Below, piece after piece: positions 48,302 through 58,714 of a DNA stretch of 64,000 nucleotides. Location of the stretch: NCBI GenBank assembly GCA_020629515.1, contig JAHDDE010000009.1, positions 16,474 to 80,473 of the forward strand, given 5' to 3'. Made by a program: the position numbers and the translations under genes. The first letter of the stretch is position 1; every line of letters starts with the position of its first letter. The DNA is from Saprospiraceae bacterium. GTDB taxonomy: Bacteria > Bacteroidota > Bacteroidia > Chitinophagales > Saprospiraceae. The notes beneath the pieces were generated by a model that was not told the DNA's origin, did not search any database, and was given only the letters and a program-made list of their open reading frames with translations.

Positions 48302-48343
48302 TTGTCTTTTATAGGAAGCACTTTTTTATAACATCAACCTTTA

Positions 48344-49651
48344 ATGTCACTGAGTACTACTCTTATAGGTGAAACTATGTCGATGAGCGAACTTGAAGAG
48401 AAAGCGAGATATCTCGAAATTCTCAATGATTTTGCCTTTTCTATGATGCGACAGCATACTGAGACAGATATTCTTTGGGATGTCACCAGCTCAGTTATTT
48501 CTTTATTGGGATTTTACGATTGTATTATTTATTTGTTTGACGAAAGTGGAGATGTTTTAATTCAGCGAGCAGCATTAGGGCCTAAAAATCCAACAGAAAG
48601 ACTAATTAAAAATCCTATAAAAATCAAAAAAGGTTCTGGAGTAGTAGGAACTGTGGCAGTAACCGGTATCGCAGAAAAAATTGACGATACATCACTGGAT
48701 TCTCGATATATTTTGGATGATGAAATGCGCTATTCAGAGATCGCAGTACCGATTAAAATTGAGGATGAAATTATTGGTGTAATTGATTCTGAACATCCAG
48801 AAAAGGCTTTTTTCAATCATATGCATATGTATGTTTTGAAAAAAGTAGCTTTTATCATGGGCGATAAGATAAAGGTGGCAAGATCCCAAAATGAATTAGC
48901 ACAATATCGACTGAATTTAGAAGCTAAAGTTCGAGAAAGAACGGAAGAGTTGTATTTATTAATGGAAGAGTTGAAAGAATCTAATACAGATTTAATGAGA
49001 TTTGCTTACGCTTCTTCTCATGATCTTAAGGAGCCTCTTCGAATGATATCAAGCTATCTTCAGTTGATAAAATATAGAGAAAAAAACTTACAAAAGGAGT
49101 CAATTGATAACATTGATTTTGTAGTTAAAAGTGCAAAAAGAATGGGTAAAATTTTAGATGGTTTATTAGCCTATTCTAAACTAAATCTTAAGAATATTGA
49201 AAAGTCTTCTGTAGACTTAAATCAAATATTGGAGGTGGTACTTGGTAATTTATCGTTGCTTATCGAGAGTACCAATACCAAAATATCATTCTTGTCAGAT
49301 ATGCCAATGATCGAAGGTCATGAAATTCTTCTGACTCAATTGTTTCAAAATTTAATTTCTAATTCTATTAAATTCAGGAAAAAAGGTGTTAGCCCAGAGA
49401 TAAAATTGAGTTATGAATATAAGAATGACCAACACTACTTTAGTATAGAGGATAATGGTATAGGAATCGAAGAAGAATTTAAAGATGATGTTTTTAATCT
49501 CTTTAATCGACTATCTAAATCAGAAGATATACAGGGAAGTGGTATTGGGCTTGCTTTATGTAAAAATATCGTCAATAAGCACAAAGGGGAAATATGGTTT
49601 GAAGACAATGCCTCCAATGGGGCAACGGTTATTTTTACCTTGAGGGCTTAA
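48344..49651 (+). CDS. Soluble GAF sensor histidine kinase
   Basis: GAF domain (GVVGTVA...SEIAVPI...GVIDSE); H-box ASSHDLKEPL, QNLISNSIKF, DNGIGI and GSGIGL. Confidence 0.92.
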   Translation: MSLSTTLIGETMSMSELEEKARYLEILNDFAFSMMRQHTETDILWDVTSSVISLLGFYDCIIYLFDESGDVLIQRAALGPKNPTERLIKNPIKIKKGSGVVGTVAVTGIAEKIDDTSLDSRYILDDEMRYSEIAVPIKIEDEIIGVIDSEHPEKAFFNHMHMYVLKKVAFIMGDKIKVARSQNELAQYRLNLEAKVRERTEELYLLMEELKESNTDLMRFAYASSHDLKEPLRMISSYLQLIKYREKNLQKESIDNIDFVVKSAKRMGKILDGLLAYSKLNLKNIEKSSVDLNQILEVVLGNLSLLIESTNTKISFLSDMPMIEGHEILLTQLFQNLISNSIKFRKKGVSPEIKLSYEYKNDQHYFSIEDNGIGIEEEFKDDVFNLFNRLSKSEDIQGSGIGLALCKNIVNKHKGEIWFEDNASNGATVIFTLRA

Positions 49652-49657
49652 TATTAC

Positions 49658-50152
49658 TTATTCTTGCCCCGTAACTTGCTTGATAATATTATTGTAGAAA
49701 TTAATTCCTTTTTGATTCATTTTATTTCCAAAAAGTAGCTTTTCATCTTTTATAAAGGCAAAAAACACACATTCTTGACTGAAGTAAATATCTGCTTCTA
49801 ACATGATTTCACCATTTCCATTGAATACCTTTCTTCCGATTGGTTTAGCACAGTTATTTGGAATTTCTGATATAGGCTCTGGAGAAACATAAGATAGGTC
49901 ATTTAAAATGGCATCACGATCATTCATGCTCATGCTGATGGGCATGTCATTAAAAATTACATCTATGTGACTGCAATTATTTACGATATTTTCAACTTCT
50001 TCCTGAGGAATCCCACTTGCAGATTGAAAGACTTTTACTGGAGCACTTATAGTTTTTTGAGCAGTAGATGTTTGACTTTCATTACTTTTTGGCTTGCAAG
50101 CAAATAGCAAAGTGGTGATTGCAAGAAATATGACTGATCTTAGTATTGACAT
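49658..50152 (-). CDS. Hypothetical lipoprotein
   Basis: Lipobox LFAC; 164-aa ORF with no recognised motif. Confidence 0.65.
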   Translation of the reverse strand: MSILRSVIFLAITTLLFACKPKSNESQTSTAQKTISAPVKVFQSASGIPQEEVENIVNNCSHIDVIFNDMPISMSMNDRDAILNDLSYVSPEPISEIPNNCAKPIGRKVFNGNGEIMLEADIYFSQECVFFAFIKDEKLLFGNKMNQKGINFYNNIIKQVTGQE

Positions 50153-50162
50153 CCAAGGTTTT

Positions 50163-52496
50163 TTATTGAGTTACTGTTATCCGAGTATTATAAACATTTC
50201 CCGAAATATCTTTAACGTTTAATATATACATTCCAGAAGGTAATTTATTGAAAAAAATTTCATTTCCATCAACGATGGTAGAATATCGATTTCCCTTCAA
50301 ATCAATCAGTTGTGCCTTTTTTATTTGATTTAACTCTTTTATCGTGACTCGATAGTCAGTTGGATTAGGATATACACCAATTGTTCTTTTTGAAGTTTCA
50401 TTAGTACTTGTTGAAGTTCCTATATCTGACAGCCGAAATGCATCAAATCCTCCTTCAACCAAGTGACCTGCTTCGATATCATCACTAACCGTGATAGCCA
50501 ATCGAATCGAGTCTTGTGAGGTATAATCATTTATGATGATTTCATAAGGTTTCCAGATTGAATTTTCACGGATAGATTCGATTAATATAGTATCGGATAC
50601 GGTAAACAATTCTATATCAAGCATATCATTGGGTGTAGAATTACCTCCGTTATTATAAAACCAATAATTGAATTTAATCTGAGGATTAACAATTCCGTCA
50701 AGCTCAATTAGAGGAGATATTAAGGAAGTATAACCGTCGTCGACATCATCTATACCTACTGAAGAATTATTATTTCCTGTAATGTAAGCATGAGTCCCTA
50801 AATCATCAGAGACATCCGTTTCAGGATTACTGAAGTTACCGTTGAACGATGTTGGTTTTGGGATAGCCCTTTCCCATACCCCTGTCTCCGCGGTATTCTC
50901 TGTTGTCCATCCTAAGTCGACGAAAAAATCGTCCTCATATCCTTCTTCTAACATTAATTCTAATTCAGTGTTGTCGTCTAAGACAAGGCTTTTTATTCCC
51001 CCTTTAAATCCCCATTTGCCAAACAAAATTTCTTTTTCTCCCGAGAATAGATTTAACGAAAACAGGCCGTTTTCGTCACTTTTAATGTTGTTGTCTTTGA
51101 TGCCATTGATTAATATCTGCACATCCGATATCTTTTCTCCTGCTTGATTAATTGTTTGCCCATTAAGTTGATATTGCTTCTTTTCTTGCAGCTCAAAGTC
51201 TTGAAATACCACTTCTCCATTTGATAGGGACAGATTTATTGTATCTGAAAAGTATTCTGGATGCGATACGATTATTTCATAAGTGCCAGCTATAGCTGTG
51301 CCTGTAGCATAACTGCCATTTGGTTGGGTAGGAGAGGGTTGTTCTGTACCAGAGATAATCTCAATCAACGCCCCATTAATAGGCTCAGTAGTATTAATGT
51401 CTGTGACGTTACCTTCTAAGTAGGCTGCCCTTTGATAATCAGCCTCTAAAACAAAAAGCCCATTGTCCATATCTGTGGCCAATATCAGACCGGATGGTAG
51501 ATAGGGAGTCACTCCCCAATTACCATTTGCATCTTGAGGATTAGTGTCATATTGTGCAACACGTATAAGATTATGAGGACGTTTGGCATCCAAAATTATC
51601 ACTCCTTCTGTATACCAAGAAGTTACCAAAAAGTCATCAATAAAGTGCGTATTATGAGGTAATACGTTGGCGTCATCTACAGGTCGATATTTATCTAAAA
51701 ATTTGATATTACTTTCATCACTTATGTCATATGCGTCAACATAGCCATTACCTTTTTCATCTGTTGTGAAAATATATTTTCCGTCATCTGAAGGCCATGC
51801 GTTGTGGGTGAAGAATGTAGAAGTAAATGTCTTAGAAATAAATAGTGGTTCAGCAGGATCACTGATATCATATATTGCTAAAGCCCCATCAAATATCTCT
51901 GAAGTATACATTCTGTCTTTGAGTGTGACTACATCATGAGAATAAGCCTGATTTTCAACTCCAATTATTGTAGGTTCTTCTGGATTGGACGATAAATCGA
52001 GTATGATGATACCTCCTATACCATTATTGCATCCTGATAAATAGGCATGACCTTTTATAGTATCGATATATATGTTATGACATCTTCTGATGATGTCATT
52101 ATCATTATTTAATCGAACTGTATCTGTCCACATCTTGTAGGAGACAGTATCAGGAGCTTCGCTCATATTGACTATCGTTAAACCGTCGTCTCCCTGATCA
52201 GCTACAATATAGATGTAGTTTTTATAACTTTTAAAGTCACGCCATACTGATCTACTTCCAGGTATAGTGCTTATAAGTTGAGGGTCTGCAGGATTAGATA
52301 AACTAAAAATTTGACTATTTAGGCGATTTCCTGCTATGACATACTCGTTTCCAATAGAATCTACATATCCCCACACATCATTACCTAAAGCAGGTAATTC
52401 TATCTGGGATAATGATTTCATATTTAACTCGTGCTGTCCAGAAATTGGCTGAATTAAAACAAATAAAAGGAATGTGGCAAAACTATTCTTAATCAC
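50163..52496 (-). CDS. Choice-of-anchor B family protein with carboxypeptidase-regulatory-like repeats and T9SS sorting domain
   Basis: NDVWGY, HNAWPSDDGKYIFTTDE, PHNTH and WGVTPYLPSG; CTD IGVYPNPT...LPSGMYIL. GTG 52496 gives a signal peptide; the ORF-track start at 52715 overlaps arsC. Confidence 0.9.
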   Translation of the reverse strand: MIKNSFATFLLFVLIQPISGQHELNMKSLSQIELPALGNDVWGYVDSIGNEYVIAGNRLNSQIFSLSNPADPQLISTIPGSRSVWRDFKSYKNYIYIVADQGDDGLTIVNMSEAPDTVSYKMWTDTVRLNNDNDIIRRCHNIYIDTIKGHAYLSGCNNGIGGIIILDLSSNPEEPTIIGVENQAYSHDVVTLKDRMYTSEIFDGALAIYDISDPAEPLFISKTFTSTFFTHNAWPSDDGKYIFTTDEKGNGYVDAYDISDESNIKFLDKYRPVDDANVLPHNTHFIDDFLVTSWYTEGVIILDAKRPHNLIRVAQYDTNPQDANGNWGVTPYLPSGLILATDMDNGLFVLEADYQRAAYLEGNVTDINTTEPINGALIEIISGTEQPSPTQPNGSYATGTAIAGTYEIIVSHPEYFSDTINLSLSNGEVVFQDFELQEKKQYQLNGQTINQAGEKISDVQILINGIKDNNIKSDENGLFSLNLFSGEKEILFGKWGFKGGIKSLVLDDNTELELMLEEGYEDDFFVDLGWTTENTAETGVWERAIPKPTSFNGNFSNPETDVSDDLGTHAYITGNNNSSVGIDDVDDGYTSLISPLIELDGIVNPQIKFNYWFYNNGGNSTPNDMLDIELFTVSDTILIESIRENSIWKPYEIIINDYTSQDSIRLAITVSDDIEAGHLVEGGFDAFRLSDIGTSTSTNETSKRTIGVYPNPTDYRVTIKELNQIKKAQLIDLKGNRYSTIVDGNEIFFNKLPSGMYILNVKDISGNVYNTRITVTQ

Positions 52497-52584
52497 TTTG
52501 CGATAATTAGATATGTTAACTATAAAGTGGAATTCATTAAAATGTTGTTTATTCGAAGCTTTCAAATTCATAAAATTTAGAAGA

Positions 52585-52923
52585 GTGAAAATTTTGCACA
52601 ATCCACGTTGTCGAAAAAGTAGAGAAACTTTGGCCTTGCTCGAAGAGAACCAAACTGACCTTGAAGTCATTCTATATCTTAAGGATGTCCCATCGAAAGA
52701 AGAGTTATCTGCCATAATTAAAAAACTGAAAATTTCGCCTTTTGAATTAATTAGAAAGAGTGAATCTATCTATAAAGAGCAATTCAAAGGACAGTCATTT
52801 TCTGACGACGAATGGATAGATATTATGCTGCAAAATCCAAAGTTAATAGAACGACCGATTGTCATTTCTGATGATCGCGCCGTTATAGGTAGACCTCCTA
52901 ACAAGGTTTTAGAATTGCTTTAA
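52585..52923 (+). CDS. ArsC/Spx/MgsR family protein (glutaredoxin-type arsenate reductase-like)
   Basis: HNPRCRKSRETL, PKLIERPIV and IGRPP; GTG start at 52585. Confidence 0.88.
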   Translation: MKILHNPRCRKSRETLALLEENQTDLEVILYLKDVPSKEELSAIIKKLKISPFELIRKSESIYKEQFKGQSFSDDEWIDIMLQNPKLIERPIVISDDRAVIGRPPNKVLELL

Positions 52924-54713
52924 GCATCTACAGCCTGACGCCTCGTTTGATGAAAATAATACACTAAAGTTTTATGTAGATCTTTAGGATTAAAAGGTTT
53001 CATAATATGATCATTCATGCCAACTTTTTGGGCCTCTTGCTTTACTCTTATGGTAGTTGACGCAGTCAATGCGAGAATAGGAATATCTCTTTTTGATACA
53101 TCTAACTTTCTTATTGCTTTAGTGGCTTCGTAGCCATCCATGACAGGCATCTGCAGGTCCATTAATATGATATCAAAATCATTCTGCTTCACTGCGTCGA
53201 CGGCCTCTTGTCCATTTTTAACTATTTCAAAGTCAGTCCCCCATTTTTTCAAGAATTGCTGAATGACCATAATATTTAATCGATTGTCTTCCGCAACTAA
53301 AACTTTAAACCCTGCGAGTTTTTCAAAGATTGGATTAGTGACTATATTACTTTTGATAATTTGGCTCGCAGTAGATTTAGCTTTTTCAAAATTAATGGTA
53401 AAATAAAATTTTGAACCCTTACCATAATCACTCTCGACTTTTAATTCGCTTCCTTGTAGCTCCAAAAGCTTTTTACATATAGGAAGCCCTAATCCTGTTC
53501 CCCCATAATTTTTGGTTGTTGACGAATTAGCCTGACTAAATTTTTCGAATATCTTATCAATCTTCGAGGGCATTATGCCTATACCGGTATCTATTATCTC
53601 GAATTTTATTGAAGTATGCGTTTGATTTTCTTCTACTACTTCGAGATCCAAAGTTACTCCACCTTCTTTGGTGAATTTTATGGCATTAGATACTAAATTT
53701 CCTATTATCTGAGACAATCTGGTGATATCACCCTTTACTGACTCAGGTAGATCCTCATCTTTTTTAATTTTAAAATTTATTCCTTTTTCTTCGGACAGAT
53801 AATTGTAAGTAGATTTAATTCCTAATAGCATATTCCGCAAGGAAAAAGCTGTATTTTCAAAATCTATCTTACCTGCTTCAATTTTACTGAAATCAAGAAT
53901 ATCATTGATTAAATTCAACAAGTGATCAGACGAAAATTTTAAAGCCTGAAGATTGTCTAATTCATCAGGGTTAGTGTTGTTCATCAAAAGGAGATTAGAT
54001 ACTCCCACTATTGAATTCAGCGGTGTTCTGATCTCATGAGACATAGTAGATAAGAACTCATCTTTCGCAGCATTGGCTCTTTCAGCCGTTTGCATTGCCC
54101 TGATTAGCTCTGTTTCTGTATTTTTTATATCAGTGATGTCCGAGACTATGCCTATAGTTCCTTCTACTTCTCCTTGATCATTTTTTATTCTGCTCGCCTT
54201 TAGCTCGTACCATTTTTTAGTAGATAGTGATGAACCTTGTTCTAATAATCCATTTACTTCATGTAATCCATTGAATACTAACTTGTCAAAAACTCTAGAG
54301 CTGGATTCATTGAATTGACTTTTAAAATGAGTGATCTTTTTTCCTATAGCTTCTTCTATGCTTACCCCTGTGAGAACGACCCATGCATCATTGATATAGG
54401 TGATGATTCCATTGTTGTCGAGTACAAAGAGAATTTCTCTGATATTATTGACAACGAGATCATATCGTTTATTCATATCCATTAACTCCGCATTTTTAGA
54501 GTCGAGGTCTTTGGATAAGAGTTGATTTGCTTTGAACAGCTCTTGCGAACTTTCTTCAATTATGTTTTCTAAATGTCTAACATCACTATCATTAGAGATA
54601 TAGGCTTGATTTACAGCATCTAATAATGGTGCTATTTGCTCTATAGTGAGTGGGTCAACTTGTATTTTTTTCAGTTGACGTTTTAATAGTCTATGATAGT
54701 TTTTTTCATTCAT
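52920..54713 (-). CDS. PAS hybrid histidine kinase / response regulator
   Basis: MSHEIRTPLN, NLVSNAIKFT, DTGIGI, GGTGLGL; receiver VAEDN...ILMDLQMPVMDG...KP. ATG 54713 overlaps the FIST gene TGA. Confidence 0.93.
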   Translation of the reverse strand: MNEKNYHRLLKRQLKKIQVDPLTIEQIAPLLDAVNQAYISNDSDVRHLENIIEESSQELFKANQLLSKDLDSKNAELMDMNKRYDLVVNNIREILFVLDNNGIITYINDAWVVLTGVSIEEAIGKKITHFKSQFNESSSRVFDKLVFNGLHEVNGLLEQGSSLSTKKWYELKASRIKNDQGEVEGTIGIVSDITDIKNTETELIRAMQTAERANAAKDEFLSTMSHEIRTPLNSIVGVSNLLLMNNTNPDELDNLQALKFSSDHLLNLINDILDFSKIEAGKIDFENTAFSLRNMLLGIKSTYNYLSEEKGINFKIKKDEDLPESVKGDITRLSQIIGNLVSNAIKFTKEGGVTLDLEVVEENQTHTSIKFEIIDTGIGIMPSKIDKIFEKFSQANSSTTKNYGGTGLGLPICKKLLELQGSELKVESDYGKGSKFYFTINFEKAKSTASQIIKSNIVTNPIFEKLAGFKVLVAEDNRLNIMVIQQFLKKWGTDFEIVKNGQEAVDAVKQNDFDIILMDLQMPVMDGYEATKAIRKLDVSKRDIPILALTASTTIRVKQEAQKVGMNDHIMKPFNPKDLHKTLVYYFHQTRRQAVDA

Positions 54714-55828
54714 TCCGATATAGTTGTTATGGTCATCGTCTGGTTGTGTAGCTGACATGGTGTAAATTCTCCAAATGGCGCTATTTCGCCATAAGAATAG
54801 AATCCTGTGATTTCAACCTGACCACCGATGGTTTCCTTGACGGCTTCTACCTCCTCTTCCACTAATTGTTTTAAAACCAGTTTTCTTCCGATACAGCTAA
54901 TTAAAATAGCTAATTCTGGTTCATCATTACCTATTCGTTTGCTGATACTTGCGGATTCCGATGCACCATTGATAACACGATCAATATTAGCTTTCATAAG
55001 TCGAGCATAAGAATTTTGTGGGATACTGCCTGCAAATGTCAGACTCTTCGCTTCTTCATCAATTGCCAGTATAGTCCTCACAACAGGTAGATTTTCATCC
55101 ACTCGTAAGCTTAATGGAAAGAGTAAACCAGAACCTGGGAGGTCTTGAGCTTTGGCGCCTAAGAATTTTTTATAAACGTCTAAAGCTGGTTGACCATCTA
55201 ACTCATACAGAACACTTCCTTCTGACTTAGTAACTTCTCGTTCTATACCAAAACTGTCCCATCCACCTTTTGATCCATACCCAATTTTTAAGTCCTTACC
55301 ATAAAAGCTTATAGCAACAATTTTCTTTTCTACTATTGAATCATCAATTACAAAGGTTTTTTGAAAATCTGGACCATCTCCTGCCAATCCTCCAGTTATG
55401 GTAACATGATCTGGTAGATGATCTATCAAGCCTTGCACTAATTCTGCGCCATTCACATTTAATCCATCGCTTAATATAAAAACATGTCTTAAATTTTCAT
55501 TTTCAATGGTTTGAGCCAAAAGACTTGCCGCATGATAACTTTCTGACATATCTGTGATGTCGATTGAACTTTTGGCAACTTGTGATCTTTCGAAATGTAC
55601 AGCAGTCAAGGATACTGTTTGATCATTTACAGATACATCCATGATTTCGCCTGAAGTTGAACACCCAGATATGATAGCATTAGGATATTCTTTATGAAGT
55701 AGTTCGATTAAATCTTCTAAGTTTTCATATTCCTTCCCTGCAAAAAGAAGAATTAATTGTGGTTCAAACTTGATCTCGGATATCTCAAGTTCGGTATTAG
55801 ACTTTAAGGACTTTTGAAAAATCTGCAT
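54710..55828 (-). CDS. FIST-N/FIST-C signal transduction protein (NosP-like)
   Basis: GCSTSGEI, LSDGLNVNG, GGLAGD, YELDGQPAL, ISCIGRK and GFYSYGEI. Confidence 0.92.
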   Translation of the reverse strand: MQIFQKSLKSNTELEISEIKFEPQLILLFAGKEYENLEDLIELLHKEYPNAIISGCSTSGEIMDVSVNDQTVSLTAVHFERSQVAKSSIDITDMSESYHAASLLAQTIENENLRHVFILSDGLNVNGAELVQGLIDHLPDHVTITGGLAGDGPDFQKTFVIDDSIVEKKIVAISFYGKDLKIGYGSKGGWDSFGIEREVTKSEGSVLYELDGQPALDVYKKFLGAKAQDLPGSGLLFPLSLRVDENLPVVRTILAIDEEAKSLTFAGSIPQNSYARLMKANIDRVINGASESASISKRIGNDEPELAILISCIGRKLVLKQLVEEEVEAVKETIGGQVEITGFYSYGEIAPFGEFTPCQLHNQTMTITTISE

Positions 55829-55925
55829 TAACGTTATTTGATCGATGGAATAATACTATTATAGATAATCTGTGTAGACTATCCTATATAATATATGACA
55901 CAATTTTGACTCTTCATCACTATTC

Positions 55926-56912
55926 TTAATGAGAATTTAACTCAGTATGCTGCGACAAGAATTTTTCAACCGATAATTCTACATTTTTCCAATTAGTATT
56001 TTTGTATTCTGAGGATATAACGTGATTGCCTGCTTCAGGAAACGCTTCCTTGTATTTGAGATTATCATCCGTAGATACTTTATTAAAAAAATTAAGCATA
56101 GCTGCTACGCTGACAACTTTGTCTTGTTCCTGATCATTTTTGTAATAATAGCCCATATAAATAGGTAAAGTCAGCTTCTTAAAGTTTTCGTCTTTCATAG
56201 TTTTTTCCAATAAATATTGTAACGTTATTAACCCATTTAGATGATATTCGTTTGACCAATATTTTTGAGTGTTGCTGCTTTTTCGGTATTCACCAAATGA
56301 ATTAAACAAGAGTTGTTTTCCCCATGGACCAGTTAACATTTGGGCTTTGCTGTCATAGACATTAATATTGGGAGAGAGCAGAACCAATGAATGGATATCC
56401 GTATCTTCAGTTGCAAGAATTATGGATAATGTGCCACCGGTCGAACAAGATACAACGATCACATTTTCTCCTATAATCTTACCTATAGCGATCGCTTCTT
56501 TAGCGTCGTTGAGTAGTTCTTGTGGCGTCAATTCTTTGAAAGCCTCTTTTGCGGCGATTCCATGATCTTTTAACCTCGCTAAATAAAGGTTAGCATGAAA
56601 TTTTTGGGCTAAATTTTGATGGACAGGATGTCCTTCGCCTTGACTTGCAGTATATCCATGTAAATAAACTAAGCTGTATTTTGTTTTTTGTTTGAGAGAA
56701 TCATACCAAACGATTCTTGCTTGATTATCTTCTTTTAAGAATGCTACTTTGGATTCCTTTTCAGCAATTAGACTATCTAATTGTTCTATAGGATGCTGTA
56801 ATTTCAATGGGGAGAAATCAAGGGGAGGGTACTTAGCTCGTGGACCTAACAGATAAATTGAGGCAATCAACAATAAGAGAATAACTATTGACAGTACTGT
56901 TTTTCTTATCAT
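55926..56912 (-). CDS. Alpha/beta hydrolase (esterase-like), membrane-anchored
   Basis: YLHGYTAS, SCSTGGTL nucleophile elbow, DKVV and GNHV. Confidence 0.85.
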   Translation of the reverse strand: MIRKTVLSIVILLLLIASIYLLGPRAKYPPLDFSPLKLQHPIEQLDSLIAEKESKVAFLKEDNQARIVWYDSLKQKTKYSLVYLHGYTASQGEGHPVHQNLAQKFHANLYLARLKDHGIAAKEAFKELTPQELLNDAKEAIAIGKIIGENVIVVSCSTGGTLSIILATEDTDIHSLVLLSPNINVYDSKAQMLTGPWGKQLLFNSFGEYRKSSNTQKYWSNEYHLNGLITLQYLLEKTMKDENFKKLTLPIYMGYYYKNDQEQDKVVSVAAMLNFFNKVSTDDNLKYKEAFPEAGNHVISSEYKNTNWKNVELSVEKFLSQHTELNSH

Positions 56913-57016
56913 GGAGTATATTTGATTAGGGCACTAATTATAACAATAAAGACGAAAATGGTTGACTAGTTACCTGTAAATAATGAAAAGGATATTATGT
57001 AATACTAATAAATGGT

Positions 57017-57048
57017 AAAAAAAAAGGTCTACAAAAAATTGTAGACCT
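57017..57048 (-). terminator. Intrinsic terminator of ndk
   Basis: aggtctacaa aaaa ttgtagacct perfect 10-bp stem with an adjacent A-tract. Confidence 0.85.
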
Positions 57049-57073
57049 CTCTCTTTTATTTTTAAATATGGCA

Positions 57074-57493
57074 TTAGAACAATTCAGTTCCCGCGAAGTG
57101 AAAGTTCGACTCTATCTGGGCGTTTTCATCAGAATCAGATCCATGTACTGCATTTTCACCAACGTTAGTGGCGTATAATGCTCGGATAGTTCCTGGTGCT
57201 GCTTCTTCAGGGTTAGTAGCTCCAATGAGTGTTCTGAAATCCGCTACAGCATTCTCTTTTTCTAATACAGCTGCAACAATGGGTCCTGAGGACATAAATT
57301 CTACTAATTCTCCGTAGAAGGGTCTTTCTTTGTGAACAGCGTAGAATTCACCAGCTTTTTCTTTAGACAGCTTTGTGAATTTCATTGCTTTAATGGTAAA
57401 ACCAGCCTCATTAATCATTTTAAGGATGGCTCCAATATTTCCTGATTTCACTGCATCAGGTTTGATCATTGTAAATGTGATGTTGTTTGTCAT
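57074..57493 (-). CDS. ndk: Nucleoside diphosphate kinase
   Basis: [16 protein letters not shown] and NAVHGSDS; TACTTTTG promoter element at 57518-57525 (minus strand). Confidence 0.99.
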   Translation of the reverse strand: MTNNITFTMIKPDAVKSGNIGAILKMINEAGFTIKAMKFTKLSKEKAGEFYAVHKERPFYGELVEFMSSGPIVAAVLEKENAVADFRTLIGATNPEEAAPGTIRALYATNVGENAVHGSDSDENAQIESNFHFAGTELF

Positions 57494-57682
57494 AGTTGTA
57501 TTTATTCAATCAGGGCGCAAAAGTATAATAATTGACTTTTCAACGCTCAAAGTTTTTGATTTTTTCAATGTTCAGCGTTTCTCAAATTAAGTATAAAGTG
57601 TTTCTTTCTCCGATTCAAAAGTTAGATCTCTTTAGCTCATTATTTAGTCATTAATAAATTTTTATATTTTCGCCATTCAGTT

Positions 57683-58681
57683 ATGGAGCTTGAAGAACTT
57701 GATGAGATTAAAACCAAATTGTCTACTCCCAAGACAATAACGATACTTACTCACCGCAATCCGGATGGAGATGCGATAGGTTCTTCCTTAGCAGTGAAGT
57801 TCTTTCTTGAGAAATATGGACATAGTTGTCGCATCGTCTTACCTTCAGAGTATCCTGTCATATTCGAATATATGCCTCGAATTCATGAAGCGATTATTTA
57901 TGATCAGGATAGGGAGAAGGCTTTAAGAGCTATAGAGGAAGCTGACATGATGTTTTGTCTTGATTTTAATGGTTTAGACCGTATTGACACATTAGGTCCA
58001 TATGTACAAGACAATAATTGCTATAAGGCATTAATAGACCACCACTTAGATCCTGAGCCCTTTGCTGATTTTTATCTTTCTGATACTTCAGCCAGTTCAA
58101 CTTGCGAATTGGTCTATCAGTTTATAGGTCTATTAGGTGAGAAGAAGAAATTAGATTTGGATATTGCGACATGTTTATTTACTGGGCTGATCACAGATAC
58201 AGGTTCGTTTAAGTACGCTACCAATCCGAATGTCTTTAGAGTAGCAGCAGACCTTAAGGAAATGGGAGTGGACGACTATACGCTTCATGATAATATATTT
58301 AATTCTTGGTCAAAGAGACAGCTAGAGATTTTGGGTCATTCGCTAAGAAATCGGATGACTGTATATCCTGAATTAAGCGCGGGTATAATCTACTTGAACA
58401 AGCAAGATTATATGAAGTATCAAATATCAAGGGGAGATACTGAAGGTATAGTGAATTACATTCTTATGATTAAAGGCATGAAGGTTGCCGCCTTTATAAG
58501 AGAAATGCCAACTGGAGATATAAGGTTGTCCCTGAGGAGCAAAGGCGATATATCTGTACAAGAACTTTCTCGTGCCCACTTCAATGGTGGTGGTCATAAG
58601 AATGCTTCAGGTGGTTCGTCCGACTTGGATTTAAAATCAACGATAGAGAAATTTATTAAAGTATTACCTTTTTATTTATAA
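57683..58681 (+). CDS. nrnA: DHH/DHHA1 phosphoesterase (nanoRNase/pAp phosphatase)
   Basis: HRNPDGDAIGS, IDHH, TDTGSF, SLRS and GGGHKNASG. Confidence 0.88.
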   Translation: MELEELDEIKTKLSTPKTITILTHRNPDGDAIGSSLAVKFFLEKYGHSCRIVLPSEYPVIFEYMPRIHEAIIYDQDREKALRAIEEADMMFCLDFNGLDRIDTLGPYVQDNNCYKALIDHHLDPEPFADFYLSDTSASSTCELVYQFIGLLGEKKKLDLDIATCLFTGLITDTGSFKYATNPNVFRVAADLKEMGVDDYTLHDNIFNSWSKRQLEILGHSLRNRMTVYPELSAGIIYLNKQDYMKYQISRGDTEGIVNYILMIKGMKVAAFIREMPTGDIRLSLRSKGDISVQELSRAHFNGGGHKNASGGSSDLDLKSTIEKFIKVLPFYL

Positions 58682-58714
58682 AATCGACAAAATATTGTCG
58701 AATAAATTGATTCA

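Noticed and set aside
52497-52715. 73-aa N-terminal extension of the choice-of-anchor B ORF
   Set aside because: It overlaps the divergent arsC-like gene; GTG 52496 gives a normal signal peptide.
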